NCBI GenBank assembly: GCA_014729395.1
Contig: WJJZ01000010.1
Coordinates: 23,901-87,900, forward strand
Source of the DNA: Candidatus Magasanikiibacteriota bacterium
GTDB taxonomy: Bacteria > Patescibacteriota > Patescibacteriia > Magasanikbacterales > UBA922
Length of the DNA stretch: 64,000 nt
Direction of reading: 5' to 3'
Positions 1 through 8,995 of the stretch are shown here, one piece after another. Both the position numbers and the translations under genes were made by a program. Every line of letters starts with the position of its first letter. Position 1 is the first letter of the stretch. Below the pieces are notes generated by a model. The model had not been told where the DNA came from. It did no database searches and worked only from the letters and a program-made list of their open reading frames with translations.

Positions 1-2
1 TT

Positions 3-509
3 GAGTTGCATAAACTACTATCAAAAGATGATTTATTACTACAAACAGAAAAGAGAATAAAGCAAACTATATATCTACCTTTGTACGGAAGAGATAAGAC
101 AGTTTTTAAAAAAAGTGGTTTGAATCAGTGGAATGCAGGAGGAAGAGATCGACACCCTAATGAAGTCTATATTCCTATCCCAGCAGAAATTCATAAAAAC
201 TTTCCTGGATTTTTTCCAGGTAGAAATATTTCATTTTCTCTTAAATTACCAAATGGAGAAAAAATGAAATCAAAAGTCTGTCAGGACAACAACAAAGCCC
301 TCATGTCATATTCTAATAGAGAGCTTGGAGAATGGATTTTAAGAGACGTCTTGGAATTAAATGAGGGAGAGCTTTTGACCTATGAAAAGTTACAAACCTT
401 AGGGGTTGATTCCGTAAGAATTGACAAAATTAATAATTCTGAATTTGAAATAAATTTTTCCAAGACAGGAAGTTACGAAAAATTCAGAAGTACTTTTCAA
501 GTTAAGTAA
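3..509 (+). CDS. Restriction endonuclease, NgoFVII-like family, C-terminal part (5' truncated by window)
   Basis: Frame open from the window edge. SGLNQWNAGGR..PNEVYIPIP and CQDNNKALMS..N..LGEWILR motifs resemble NgoFVII-family REases. Convergent with a C5 MTase. Confidence 0.7.
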   Translation, partial: ELHKLLSKDDLLLQTEKRIKQTIYLPLYGRDKTVFKKSGLNQWNAGGRDRHPNEVYIPIPAEIHKNFPGFFPGRNISFSLKLPNGEKMKSKVCQDNNKALMSYSNRELGEWILRDVLELNEGELLTYEKLQTLGVDSVRIDKINNSEFEINFSKTGSYEKFRSTFQVK

Positions 510-517
510 ATCAGCAA

Positions 518-2083
518 CTACTCTATAGCTTTTTTAATTTGTAATGCAATCGATTTTACTACTGGCACACTGACTGAATTTCCAAACTGTTTATATAGCG
601 CAGAATCAGACATATTCTTTGGCAGTTTAAAATCCATTGGAAATCCTTGAATTCTGGCACATTCAAGTGGTGTTAGTTTTCTAATTCCTTTTTTATCTCT
701 GATGATTGGAACATTGTGCCCTCCCATACCCATGTTAGCCGTAAGTGTCGGACAGACTCCTTTTTTATTTTCACGCACATATTTTCTTCGCCACTGGTAT
801 ACCGTTTCTCTGCTTTTAACTTCATCTTTTAACTTTTCATAAAGTGGTTTTCCATTATAATAGTATTTTTCATCCACTTTTTCTTCAAGTAAATCAGTGA
901 TTTTTTTTGTAAGTTTCACAGTGCCAGGAAAGTTAAATTTTTCATAGTGTTTTTTATCCTTGAAGCCAACAATATAAATTCTTTCCCTATTTTGAGGAAC
1001 ATTCCCATATTCCATGCTATTCAAAACTTTTGATTTTACATGATAACCAAGATCTTCAAGTGTCTCTAATATGATTCTAAATGTTTTTCCCTTATCATGT
1101 CCTTTTAGATTTTTCACATTTTCAAGCATAAACCCCATTGGCTGTTTTTCTTTCAAAATACGAGCAACATCATAAAACAAATTTCCCCTCCCTTTTTCAT
1201 CATCAAACCCCTGTCTATAACCAGCAATCGAGAAAGCTTGACATGGAAATCCCCCGAGTAAAAAATCAAAATCAGGAAGTTTTTTTTCATTTATCTTTTG
1301 TATATCCTCAACGAACAATTTTGTTCCATCAAAATTTAAATCATACGTATCTTTACATTGTGATTCAAAATCATTTGCAAAAACAGTTTCAAAACCAGCT
1401 TCTTCAAAACCTAACCTTATTCCCCCCACTCCTGCAAATAAATCGATTGTTTTGAAAAGTTTTGTTTTTGGTAACTGTTTTCCAAAATCTCTAATAATTT
1501 TTACTACAACCCCTTGTACTTCAACTTCTTTACGAAACATCGGTAACAAATTTTGATTTGCTGGTTGCAGTCTAAATTTATTTTTTTCACGGTATATTTT
1601 TTTAAGCGTCGCCTCATCTTTATCTATCAAAGCAACAACGGTCTGTCCATTGTCAGCAGAATCTTGTTTCTTTAAAACTACAACATCACCATCAAAAATT
1701 CCATCTTCAACCATACTATCACCGGCAACTCTCAAAGCGTATAGTTGTTCTGGATCAAAATAAGTATCTCTAGCTATGTTAATAGTTTCGCCCTTCGTCT
1801 CAAGAGCTTCAATTGGCTGACCAGCAGCGATTGTACCAACAAGTGGAATATCTATAGAATCCACTTTACCAGGTTTTCTGACACCAAGACCCCGTGTGGC
1901 ATTTTCATCTTTAGTAATGTATCCTTTTTCGATCAACGCATTTACATGTTGATAAACACCCGACAAGGCCTTCAACTTTAGATGTTTCCTCAACTCCTCA
2001 AAAGTTGGCGAGAAACCTTTTTTTTCTATAAATGACTCGATGTAATCTAAAATTTGTTTTTGTCTTTTTGTAAGATTTGGCAT
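518..2083 (-). CDS. lexA-dcm: LexA repressor fused to DNA (cytosine-5)-methyltransferase
   Basis: aa1-200 are LexA: LTKRQKQILDYI winged HTH, Ala87-Gly88 cleavage site (GTIAAGQP), Ser123 (VAGDSM), Lys161 (ATLKK). aa210-521 carry C5 MTase motifs DLFAGVGG, GFPCQAFS, ENV, QNRERIY, FGNSV. Confidence 0.93.
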   Translation of the reverse strand: MPNLTKRQKQILDYIESFIEKKGFSPTFEELRKHLKLKALSGVYQHVNALIEKGYITKDENATRGLGVRKPGKVDSIDIPLVGTIAAGQPIEALETKGETINIARDTYFDPEQLYALRVAGDSMVEDGIFDGDVVVLKKQDSADNGQTVVALIDKDEATLKKIYREKNKFRLQPANQNLLPMFRKEVEVQGVVVKIIRDFGKQLPKTKLFKTIDLFAGVGGIRLGFEEAGFETVFANDFESQCKDTYDLNFDGTKLFVEDIQKINEKKLPDFDFLLGGFPCQAFSIAGYRQGFDDEKGRGNLFYDVARILKEKQPMGFMLENVKNLKGHDKGKTFRIILETLEDLGYHVKSKVLNSMEYGNVPQNRERIYIVGFKDKKHYEKFNFPGTVKLTKKITDLLEEKVDEKYYYNGKPLYEKLKDEVKSRETVYQWRRKYVRENKKGVCPTLTANMGMGGHNVPIIRDKKGIRKLTPLECARIQGFPMDFKLPKNMSDSALYKQFGNSVSVPVVKSIALQIKKAIE

Positions 2084-2175
2084 ATTATATTTTTGACTGA
2101 TTACACTACTTGGTACTATAATATATATTATACCGAAAATTAACAGAATAAAAAAGCTCTAATTATCCACACTCC
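2084..2175. promoter_or_regulatory. Divergent promoter region between lexA-dcm and vsr, with candidate operator
   Basis: + strand TTGACT-N18-TATAAT. - strand TATAAT immediately preceded by the direct repeat TTCTG-N6-TTCGG (+ strand CCGAA 2133-2137, CAGAA 2144-2148). DnaA-box-like TTATCCACA at 2163-2171. Confidence 0.4.
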
Positions 2176-2589
2176 ATGGCCGACTGCTTTACAAAAGAAA
2201 AAAGGAGTGAAGTAATGTCGAAAATAAGAAGCAAAGAGACTGAAATAGAAAAAATGGTATTCAGACACTTGAGAAAAAATAAAATTTATTTTCAAAAGCA
2301 CTATAACAAGGCTCCTGGCAAACCCGACATTGCACTACCCCAAAAAAAGAAAGCTGTATTTATTGACGGCGACTTTTGGCATGGCTGGCAATTTTCAAAG
2401 AAAAAAAGAAAACTGCCCAAAAAGTATTGGTTACAAAAGATTGAAGGCAATATCAAGCGTGATAAAAAAAATCGCGCTAAGCTTAAGCGGGATGGGTGGA
2501 AAGTTTTAAGGGTTTGGGAGCATCAATTAAAAAAAGAGGGGGGAAAATATCTGGAAAAAATTACTAAATTTTTAAAAAATTCAATATGA
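2176..2589 (+). CDS. vsr: Very short patch repair endonuclease Vsr
   Basis: MAD.F...KRS.VMSKIRSKET, PGKPDI, FIDGDFWHG, GWKVLRVWEH motifs; adjacent to a C5 MTase. Confidence 0.93.
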   Translation: MADCFTKEKRSEVMSKIRSKETEIEKMVFRHLRKNKIYFQKHYNKAPGKPDIALPQKKKAVFIDGDFWHGWQFSKKKRKLPKKYWLQKIEGNIKRDKKNRAKLKRDGWKVLRVWEHQLKKEGGKYLEKITKFLKNSI

Positions 2590-2595
2590 AAAAAT

Positions 2596-3492
2596 ATGAT
2601 TACCTCTCACTATGCGTTCTCAGATGACTCTTGTCATGTCAATGGAAGATATAATAGCCTTGCTCTGGTCAGCCTTCAAAAAAAAGACCTAGAAGCAATT
2701 TCGAATTCATTTGTGGAACTACTTAATGAGTCTGGAATAAAAAAAGAATTTAAATGGGAAAAAGTAAAAAATGCAAAATATCGTTTAGCAGGCGAGAAAA
2801 TTATAAATTTAGTATTTAAATATCAAGCAAAATTAAGAATAGATGTTGTTATCTGGGATTTGGAAGATCAGCGTCATAAAAACATAAAAGGTTGTGATGA
2901 TGCAGAAAATTTAGTTAGAATGTATTATCATTTGGTTTCAACAACTCTTTCACGAAAATGGCCAGTGGCTAATAATTGTTGGCGGTGGCATCCAGACAAA
3001 CAATCTTCTGTATGTTGGAATTTATTGCAGGATTGTATAACTACAAAAAAACATCATCGCACTGCGGATTTATTAAATCAAAATCCAAATTTTGAACAAG
3101 TTAATCTAAAAAGTGTAATACCATCGGAATCATGTAAATATCCATTGATACAGCTAGCAGATTTATTTGCTGGAATGGGCTCATATTCTTATGGCCACAA
3201 TGAATTATATAAAATTTGGAAAAATCAAAATACACGACAAATATCCATGTTTGATGTACCAAAACATAAATTTAGCAATGGAGAAATGGAAAAATTCACT
3301 TTGTTGAGTAAATTTGATAAAATATCTAAAGAAAACAAATTAAAAATTGCCTTACTATCAACCTGCGGATTAAAATCACATAATCCGAACTGTTTTGTTA
3401 ACTTTTGGCCGTACACTCCACAACACAAGTTTGACAAAGCACCAACGAAAATTAGAATGTGTGATTGTTATCGAAAAGATTCACCCCTTTAA
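2596..3492 (+). CDS. DUF3800-like protein
   Basis: N-terminal AFSDDS, EFKW, and C-terminal IQLADLFAG pattern typical of DUF3800. Confidence 0.6.
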   Translation: MITSHYAFSDDSCHVNGRYNSLALVSLQKKDLEAISNSFVELLNESGIKKEFKWEKVKNAKYRLAGEKIINLVFKYQAKLRIDVVIWDLEDQRHKNIKGCDDAENLVRMYYHLVSTTLSRKWPVANNCWRWHPDKQSSVCWNLLQDCITTKKHHRTADLLNQNPNFEQVNLKSVIPSESCKYPLIQLADLFAGMGSYSYGHNELYKIWKNQNTRQISMFDVPKHKFSNGEMEKFTLLSKFDKISKENKLKIALLSTCGLKSHNPNCFVNFWPYTPQHKFDKAPTKIRMCDCYRKDSPL

Positions 3493-3532
3493 ACCTTCTC
3501 CCTCTATAATTAGAAAAAATAAATAATAAAAT

Positions 3533-4429
3533 ATGTCAATGCCAAAATTTGAAGAAACTATGCTACCAATACTCAAAGTTTTACGAAACGAAAAAGTTAT
3601 GTCTATGCAAGAACTAGCTGACGAACTCTTAGAAAACTACTTTAACTTAACAGAAGAAGAAAAGAAAGAGACTGTCTCAAATGGGTACAGTCGCTTTTTT
3701 GATCGTGTCAGCTGGGGGAGAACATATTTAAAAAAGGCCGGCTTATTAGAACAACCAGAGAGAAGCAAAGTTAAAATAACAAAAGAAGGTATAAAGGTTG
3801 TTTCATCTGGGATAGATGCAATTGATGTAAATTTTTTAAATCAGTACCCTTCGTTCATCGCTTTTTTAGCAGGAGGTAAACAAAAAACAAAACAAGAGGT
3901 GGGAGAAGCTATCATAAAGCAATTTTCTCCACAAGATATGGTTGATTTAGGTTTTCAAGATATCCAAGAAACATTAAAAAGCGATCTTTTGGAAAAGTTG
4001 TATAGTACAAATCCCTACTTTTTTGAAAAGGTGGTTTTAATTTTATTTCAAAAAATGGGGTATGGAGATTTTCAGGAAACATCAAAAACTGGAGATGGCG
4101 GTATAGATGGCATAATTAGTCAGGATAAATTAGGGCTAGAAAAAATATTTATTCAAGCAAAAAGATATGCTGAAGATAACAAAGTTAGAGAACCAGCAAT
4201 TAGAAATTTTATAGGTGCGATGAGTCGCGACGTTAGTAAGGGTATTTTTGTTACAACATCCACCTTTGATGAAGCAGCTGTTAAGAAAGCACGAGACGCA
4301 AACCATAAAATAATTTTGATTGATGGAGAAAAATTGACAGAATTGATGATAAAAAATAGTGTTGGCGTTCAAGTTAAAACGGTATATCAAGTAAAGGAAA
4401 TCGATAATGATTTCTTTGAAGAAGGGTAA
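3533..4429 (+). CDS. mrr: Mrr family restriction protein
   Basis: Mrr N-terminal domain (RVSWGRTYLKKAGLL) and catalytic GDGGIDG..IQAKRY..GIFVTTS. Confidence 0.93.
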   Translation: MSMPKFEETMLPILKVLRNEKVMSMQELADELLENYFNLTEEEKKETVSNGYSRFFDRVSWGRTYLKKAGLLEQPERSKVKITKEGIKVVSSGIDAIDVNFLNQYPSFIAFLAGGKQKTKQEVGEAIIKQFSPQDMVDLGFQDIQETLKSDLLEKLYSTNPYFFEKVVLILFQKMGYGDFQETSKTGDGGIDGIISQDKLGLEKIFIQAKRYAEDNKVREPAIRNFIGAMSRDVSKGIFVTTSTFDEAAVKKARDANHKIILIDGEKLTELMIKNSVGVQVKTVYQVKEIDNDFFEEG

Positions 4430-4503
4430 ATCATGTCAGATTATCAATATTCGCCCCCCCACCCCCTCACAAAAAAACAAACTAACCACCATAACCACAC
4501 TAT

Positions 4504-4992
4504 ATGAACGAAAAAAACTCTGAATGTTGTCCAAAATTTAACCCTGAAAAATGGGATGAAAAAACATTCAACTGGGATAATAAAAAATTTATAAAAGAAA
4601 GCCTGCCGACCTTTTTCCATATGCCTTTTCCACCCATGATCGCCAAAAAAATAACCAAAATGTGGAAAATGGCGGAAAAAGCCCAAAAAACCGAAGAAAA
4701 CAAAGAAGATGTTTTGATTTTATTTACAGATCCGCATCCTTTTAAATCGGAAATGTATTTATCTGTAACAGGTGAAGTGCCGCAGGCAAACAACACAGAA
4801 ATTTCCGGGAATTTTATTGCCAAAGTCTTTGACGGCCAATACAACGCCATCCCAAAATTTATGAAAGAAATGAACGAGTACCTGGATAAAAAAGGCAAAA
4901 AGGCAAAAAAATATTATATTCATTATGCTTATTGCCCCAAGTGTGCCAAAAAATTCGGCAATAATTATATGATCTTATTTGCTCAAGTTTAA
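4504..4992 (+). CDS. Conserved hypothetical protein (GyrI-like/'hydrolase' family)
   Basis: ECCPKFNPEKWD N-terminus and YCPKCAKKFG.NY C-terminus of a conserved family. Confidence 0.55.
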   Translation: MNEKNSECCPKFNPEKWDEKTFNWDNKKFIKESLPTFFHMPFPPMIAKKITKMWKMAEKAQKTEENKEDVLILFTDPHPFKSEMYLSVTGEVPQANNTEISGNFIAKVFDGQYNAIPKFMKEMNEYLDKKGKKAKKYYIHYAYCPKCAKKFGNNYMILFAQV

Positions 4993-4995
4993 AAT

Positions 4996-5376
4996 ATGAA
5001 AAAAATCACAAAAATTGCAGTTATCTTATCTATAGTTATAATTTCCGTAGTTGTAATTTTAAGAATTGGATCTTTTATGTCTCACCAAGCTCCTGTCGGA
5101 GGCAAATTTATATCACAAGTAGGTAGCGATACTCATGTTTATAACATGACTCAAAAAGAAATCGGCTCTCTACATAGTGATTATATGTGGCAAAGCCTGG
5201 TTCGGGGAATGCCCGGTTTTTTTCAATTGTGGACAAAATACAATATCAAGCGCATTGAAATACTTGATATCAATTTTGATGATGAAAATAACTGTGGCTT
5301 TTTTCATGTCAACACTTATACTAGATTCAATCGCCTAAAATCTGATAATCTGAGAGTTAGTGAACCCTGTCCATAA
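4996..5376 (+). CDS. Hypothetical protein with N-terminal TM/signal
   Basis: 126-aa ORF with hydrophobic N-terminus, starting 3 nt after the upstream stop. Confidence 0.6.
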   Translation: MKKITKIAVILSIVIISVVVILRIGSFMSHQAPVGGKFISQVGSDTHVYNMTQKEIGSLHSDYMWQSLVRGMPGFFQLWTKYNIKRIEILDINFDDENNCGFFHVNTYTRFNRLKSDNLRVSEPCP

Positions 5377-5480
5377 GAATAACTTATTAAATTAGATAGC
5401 AGCAATTATCCGGAGAAATAAATGATAAATTCTTGTTTATTTTAAACACTTTAATTGAGCTTTTTCTATTTTTCTTTCAT

Positions 5481-5522
5481 AAAAAAAGAATCCCCCGCAG
5501 TGTTTACAGTACCACGGGGGAT
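5481..5522 (-). terminator. Intrinsic terminator hairpin
   Basis: ATCCCCCGTGGT-N9-ACTGCGGGGGAT followed by TCTTTTTTT on the - strand. Confidence 0.65.
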
Positions 5523-5562
5523 GTTTATTTGAGCGGCCTCCTTTTTTTTTGGCCGTTTTTTG

Positions 5563-5670
5563 TAAAAAAAGGGCCCGCAGGCCCTTGTTAGCGCCGTAGC
5601 GTGCCCCTTTTTGCCTTCATAAAGGCGAGGCGGGACGGTGCGACCATCACCAAGAACCTCAACCATTAGT
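5563..5670 (-). ncRNA. Candidate structured small RNA / orphan riboswitch-like element
   Basis: GC-rich island with several stems (GGUG/CACC, GCCUU-UAUG-AAGGC, CGC-UACG-GCG), ending in an AAGGGCC-UGCG-GGCCCUU hairpin plus U-run, downstream of a consensus promoter. Confidence 0.5.
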
Positions 5671-5676
5671 AAGATA

Positions 5677-5705
5677 ACTATAGCATAAAAATCATTTTTT
5701 GTCAA
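5677..5705 (-). promoter_or_regulatory. Sigma70-type promoter
   Basis: TTGACA-N17-TATAGT with extended -10 TG on the - strand. Confidence 0.7.
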
Positions 5706-5865
5706 GGTCCTACACCCTATGAACCAAAAACTTCTCAAATAATGCAATAAATGTAAATTTAACACCATAAAACAGTCGATATGCGATTTATCTTTGACTC
5801 GCTACTTTCGCCCGGATTTACTTAAATTTTGATTAATTTTTCGGTGTCGGCTATACTGAAATAAT

Positions 5866-6432
5866 ATGAAAAAACATTTTTTCAACAAAGCATTGCGAGT
5901 ATTATTATCAACCAATGCCATGATTTTGCTAGCTGCCGCCATGTTGGGTCCGATTTATGCACTTTTTGTAACGGAAATCGGTGGTGATTTAATGGACGCA
6001 AGTATTGCCGGAGGTATCTTTGCCTTTGTTGCCGGTCTTGTAACATTAATTTCAGGGAAATATAGTGATAGAGTAAAAGAAAACGAACTTATAGTTGTGT
6101 TGGGATATTTTATTATGGGATTGGGTTTTTTACTATATTTCTGGGTATCTTCAATAATCTTTTTATTTATTGTTCAGGCAATTATCGGTCTCGGAGAGGC
6201 AATTTACTCACCTGCTTTTGATGCTGTATATTCCAAACACATTGACGGACATAAATCCGGAACCCAGTGGGGAGTTTGGGAATCCATGAATTACTTTGCA
6301 ACCGCAATTGGGGCGGTGGTAGGCGGGGGCTTGGCCACGTTATTCGGCTTTAGAGCATTATTTATTATAATGGCAATACTCTGCTTTAGCAGTGGATTGT
6401 ATATTTATAGATTAAAGCGTAGTGTATTATAA
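5866..6432 (+). CDS. MFS-type transporter (single 6-TM half)
   Basis: Hydrophobic helices, GKYSDR motif A-like, QAIIGLGEA..PA. Confidence 0.75.
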   Translation: MKKHFFNKALRVLLSTNAMILLAAAMLGPIYALFVTEIGGDLMDASIAGGIFAFVAGLVTLISGKYSDRVKENELIVVLGYFIMGLGFLLYFWVSSIIFLFIVQAIIGLGEAIYSPAFDAVYSKHIDGHKSGTQWGVWESMNYFATAIGAVVGGGLATLFGFRALFIIMAILCFSSGLYIYRLKRSVL

Positions 6433-6437
6433 AAAAT

Positions 6438-7460
6438 ATGAAAGAATCAAAAAGATACGAACCAGGATCCCCGGAAATAGCAGAAAAAGAAAACAAACCA
6501 ATCGAAATAAGACCGGAATTGCGTCAATTTTTTGAATCGGATGCTCAAGGTAGATTTTTAAACAATTTGTATACAAAAACTACAGATTGTCCCGGTTATG
6601 AGGGTGCAAAAATTCCACCATTGCGTTTAGGTAAAAATGAAGAAGATATTATGGAAGATACTGAATGCTGTCGCTATGTATATCCGGATTACAACAACCC
6701 CATTTACGACGAATCCGGAATGGATATCGGATACACTGAGATAAAAATCAAAGGAGGTCTAAAAGAATATATTATTTACGCTCCAAAGGGAAAACCGCCA
6801 CTATATGTTTTTGACAACCACAATCATGCACTTTTTGCATGGCAAGAATGCAAAGATGCGGGTTTATTATCGGACGAATCCGTACTATTACGCTTTGACG
6901 ACCACTTAGATATGAGTAGAGTTAAACCACATCATATTGGAAAACTTTCAAGAAACAAAATTAGAGAAAATTTTAGCAATAACAGCCTGACAGGAATAGA
7001 TATTGAAAATTTTACACGTTTTGCATTTGAAGACGGACTTATCAATGAAATGCTATTTATTCATGGAAGATTATCGAAAAAAAGTGACGAGCACATGTTC
7101 AATAAAAATAATCAATTACATGATTTAAATGCAGATGAAAAATTTAAGTTTCTTTCTCCGGTTTTATTTGACAAAGGACTAGATGGGTTTAAAAAGTCCT
7201 TAAAAAAAATAAAAGATAGCGGTAAAGACATAATACTGGATATTGATTTTGACGTATTTACAAAAGATTTAAGCGAAGATAAAACCCTTTTACTTGAACA
7301 GGCAATGCGTGAAGCTATTAATTTTGCGCAAGTTATTACATGCGCGACAAGTCCGGGGTACGGCAACCACACAGACAATACCAAAAGAGTAAAAAAATTT
7401 GTGAAAAATTATCTTGAGAACAAAATAGACAAAAAACAGGATAGTCAATATAATAGATGA
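6438..7460 (+). CDS. UPF0489 family protein (arginase/deacetylase-like fold)
   Basis: VFDNHNHAL, FDDHLD, ILDIDFDVF, ATSPGY motifs. Confidence 0.7.
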   Translation: MKESKRYEPGSPEIAEKENKPIEIRPELRQFFESDAQGRFLNNLYTKTTDCPGYEGAKIPPLRLGKNEEDIMEDTECCRYVYPDYNNPIYDESGMDIGYTEIKIKGGLKEYIIYAPKGKPPLYVFDNHNHALFAWQECKDAGLLSDESVLLRFDDHLDMSRVKPHHIGKLSRNKIRENFSNNSLTGIDIENFTRFAFEDGLINEMLFIHGRLSKKSDEHMFNKNNQLHDLNADEKFKFLSPVLFDKGLDGFKKSLKKIKDSGKDIILDIDFDVFTKDLSEDKTLLLEQAMREAINFAQVITCATSPGYGNHTDNTKRVKKFVKNYLENKIDKKQDSQYNR

Positions 7461-7632
7461 AAGGCCTACCATAATATATACACAAAAATATTTATCATTA
7501 AAATCTTTACGGACAAATCTCTATAATATTTTTTTACTATAGTTTAGGATTTAAAACGCTTAATAAGATTCAACAATCATAATCTGTAATAAAGTATATA
7601 AATAAATAACTAATTCATAAATAAAAAGACTT

Positions 7633-8130
7633 ATGGAACAAGAAAAAACAAATTTGGGCATACTAATCCTCGCAGTCATAATCACAGCGATAGTTGTGGG
7701 TACGGGCGTTTATTACTTTCTCAATAAATCTAATGAACCAAACAAACCTGTTTACGAAAATAAAAATGAAGTAGAAACAACAACAGCAAACACCTATCAA
7801 ACTTCGCAAAAATCATTAATTGATTATTACGAAACAAGAGTTGACCGTGAAACACTTGGAGAAAATGATAATTTCTTGATGAAGACTCCAGATGAATTAG
7901 GATTTAAAGAAATTGCCAAAATAAAAATTGAATGCCCGGAAAATCCTGATGGACCATGCGGAGGTAATTTATTAATTTTATCACAAAAATCCCTACATTC
8001 AGGTATTCAAGAATTTTATTTTGCACAAGCAGGTGGTGCCGGTTATACCTATTACGGACCATTCTTTGACGACTTGGAAAGACTGGTTGAGGAAAGCAAG
8101 TCGATCGAATCTCTTACAGAAATTTACTAA
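7633..8130 (+). CDS. Hypothetical membrane-anchored protein
   Basis: N-terminal TM (LILAVIITAIVVGTGVYYF) followed by a soluble domain. Confidence 0.7.
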   Translation: MEQEKTNLGILILAVIITAIVVGTGVYYFLNKSNEPNKPVYENKNEVETTTANTYQTSQKSLIDYYETRVDRETLGENDNFLMKTPDELGFKEIAKIKIECPENPDGPCGGNLLILSQKSLHSGIQEFYFAQAGGAGYTYYGPFFDDLERLVEESKSIESLTEIY

Positions 8131-8293
8131 AATCACTGATACCGGCAAAACAATAATAACCGACAGCAATCTATTATACTGATGTCATGCTTCAGTTGTG
8201 CCCGATCGTAGATATATGAAATCTATTAAGTTGAGCTTGGATTTATTTATTCCCAGGTACTAAACCCTCTATTTTAATAAATCATACTAATTT

Positions 8294-8863
8294 ATGGCAA
8301 TAAAGTTCAAAAACCAACTTAAGGGCAAAAGACTGACGCTAAAAAGAACGAAACCAAGTTTAAAAATGGCTAAAATCATGTTTAAAGTTATAGACGAAAA
8401 TCGCAAACATCTGGAACCATGGTTTCCATGGCCAAAATTAACACTAAAAGTCGAAGATAGTTTAAAATACTTATTTGACAAAGAAGAAGAAACTGAAAAA
8501 GGTAAAAAAATTGAATATGGTATTTATATTAATAATGAATACATAGGAAATATTTCAATTTTTGACATACATGATAAAAATAAATCTGCTGAAATCGGCT
8601 ATTGGTTGTCATCTGCTCATACCAGAAATGGCTATATGACCGAAGCGTTAAAAATCCTGGAAAAAGAAGCTTTTGAAAGATTAAAATTGAATAGACTACA
8701 AATAAAAATTGATGAAAAAAATAAGGCGTCTTTAGGATTGGCCAAAAAATGTGGCTATACGTGTGAAGGAAAATATAGAGAAGATTCTTTTAGTGAGTAT
8801 TTTAATGAATTTGTTAATTCAGTGGTTTATTCAAAATTAAGGTCAGAGTATAAAAAAAGATAA
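8294..8863 (+). CDS. GNAT acetyltransferase, RimJ/RimL family
   Basis: AEIGYWL...GYMTEA, NKASLGLAKKCGY..EG motifs. Confidence 0.88.
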   Translation: MAIKFKNQLKGKRLTLKRTKPSLKMAKIMFKVIDENRKHLEPWFPWPKLTLKVEDSLKYLFDKEEETEKGKKIEYGIYINNEYIGNISIFDIHDKNKSAEIGYWLSSAHTRNGYMTEALKILEKEAFERLKLNRLQIKIDEKNKASLGLAKKCGYTCEGKYREDSFSEYFNEFVNSVVYSKLRSEYKKR

Positions 8864-8995
8864 AATAAAAAAATGATATTCGACCCTCTCCCCGTATTCT
8901 CGTTATAATCTTTTGCGTTCAGAGTTCTATTATTTTACAAGGGCAATTGGATTCTATTAATCAACTAAAAAGATAATTAAATAAAATTTATCACA

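Noticed and set aside
5563-5670. HDV-like/theta ribozyme, SRP RNA, 6S, tmRNA or tRNA
   Set aside because: A CUAA junction and a possible P2 exist, but no P1/P1.1 or UCC-type L3 can be built. No SRP GGAA domain, T-arm or long 6S-type rod.
5466-5768. 100-aa ORF on the - strand
   Set aside because: Runs through a promoter and two terminators; no recognisable protein features
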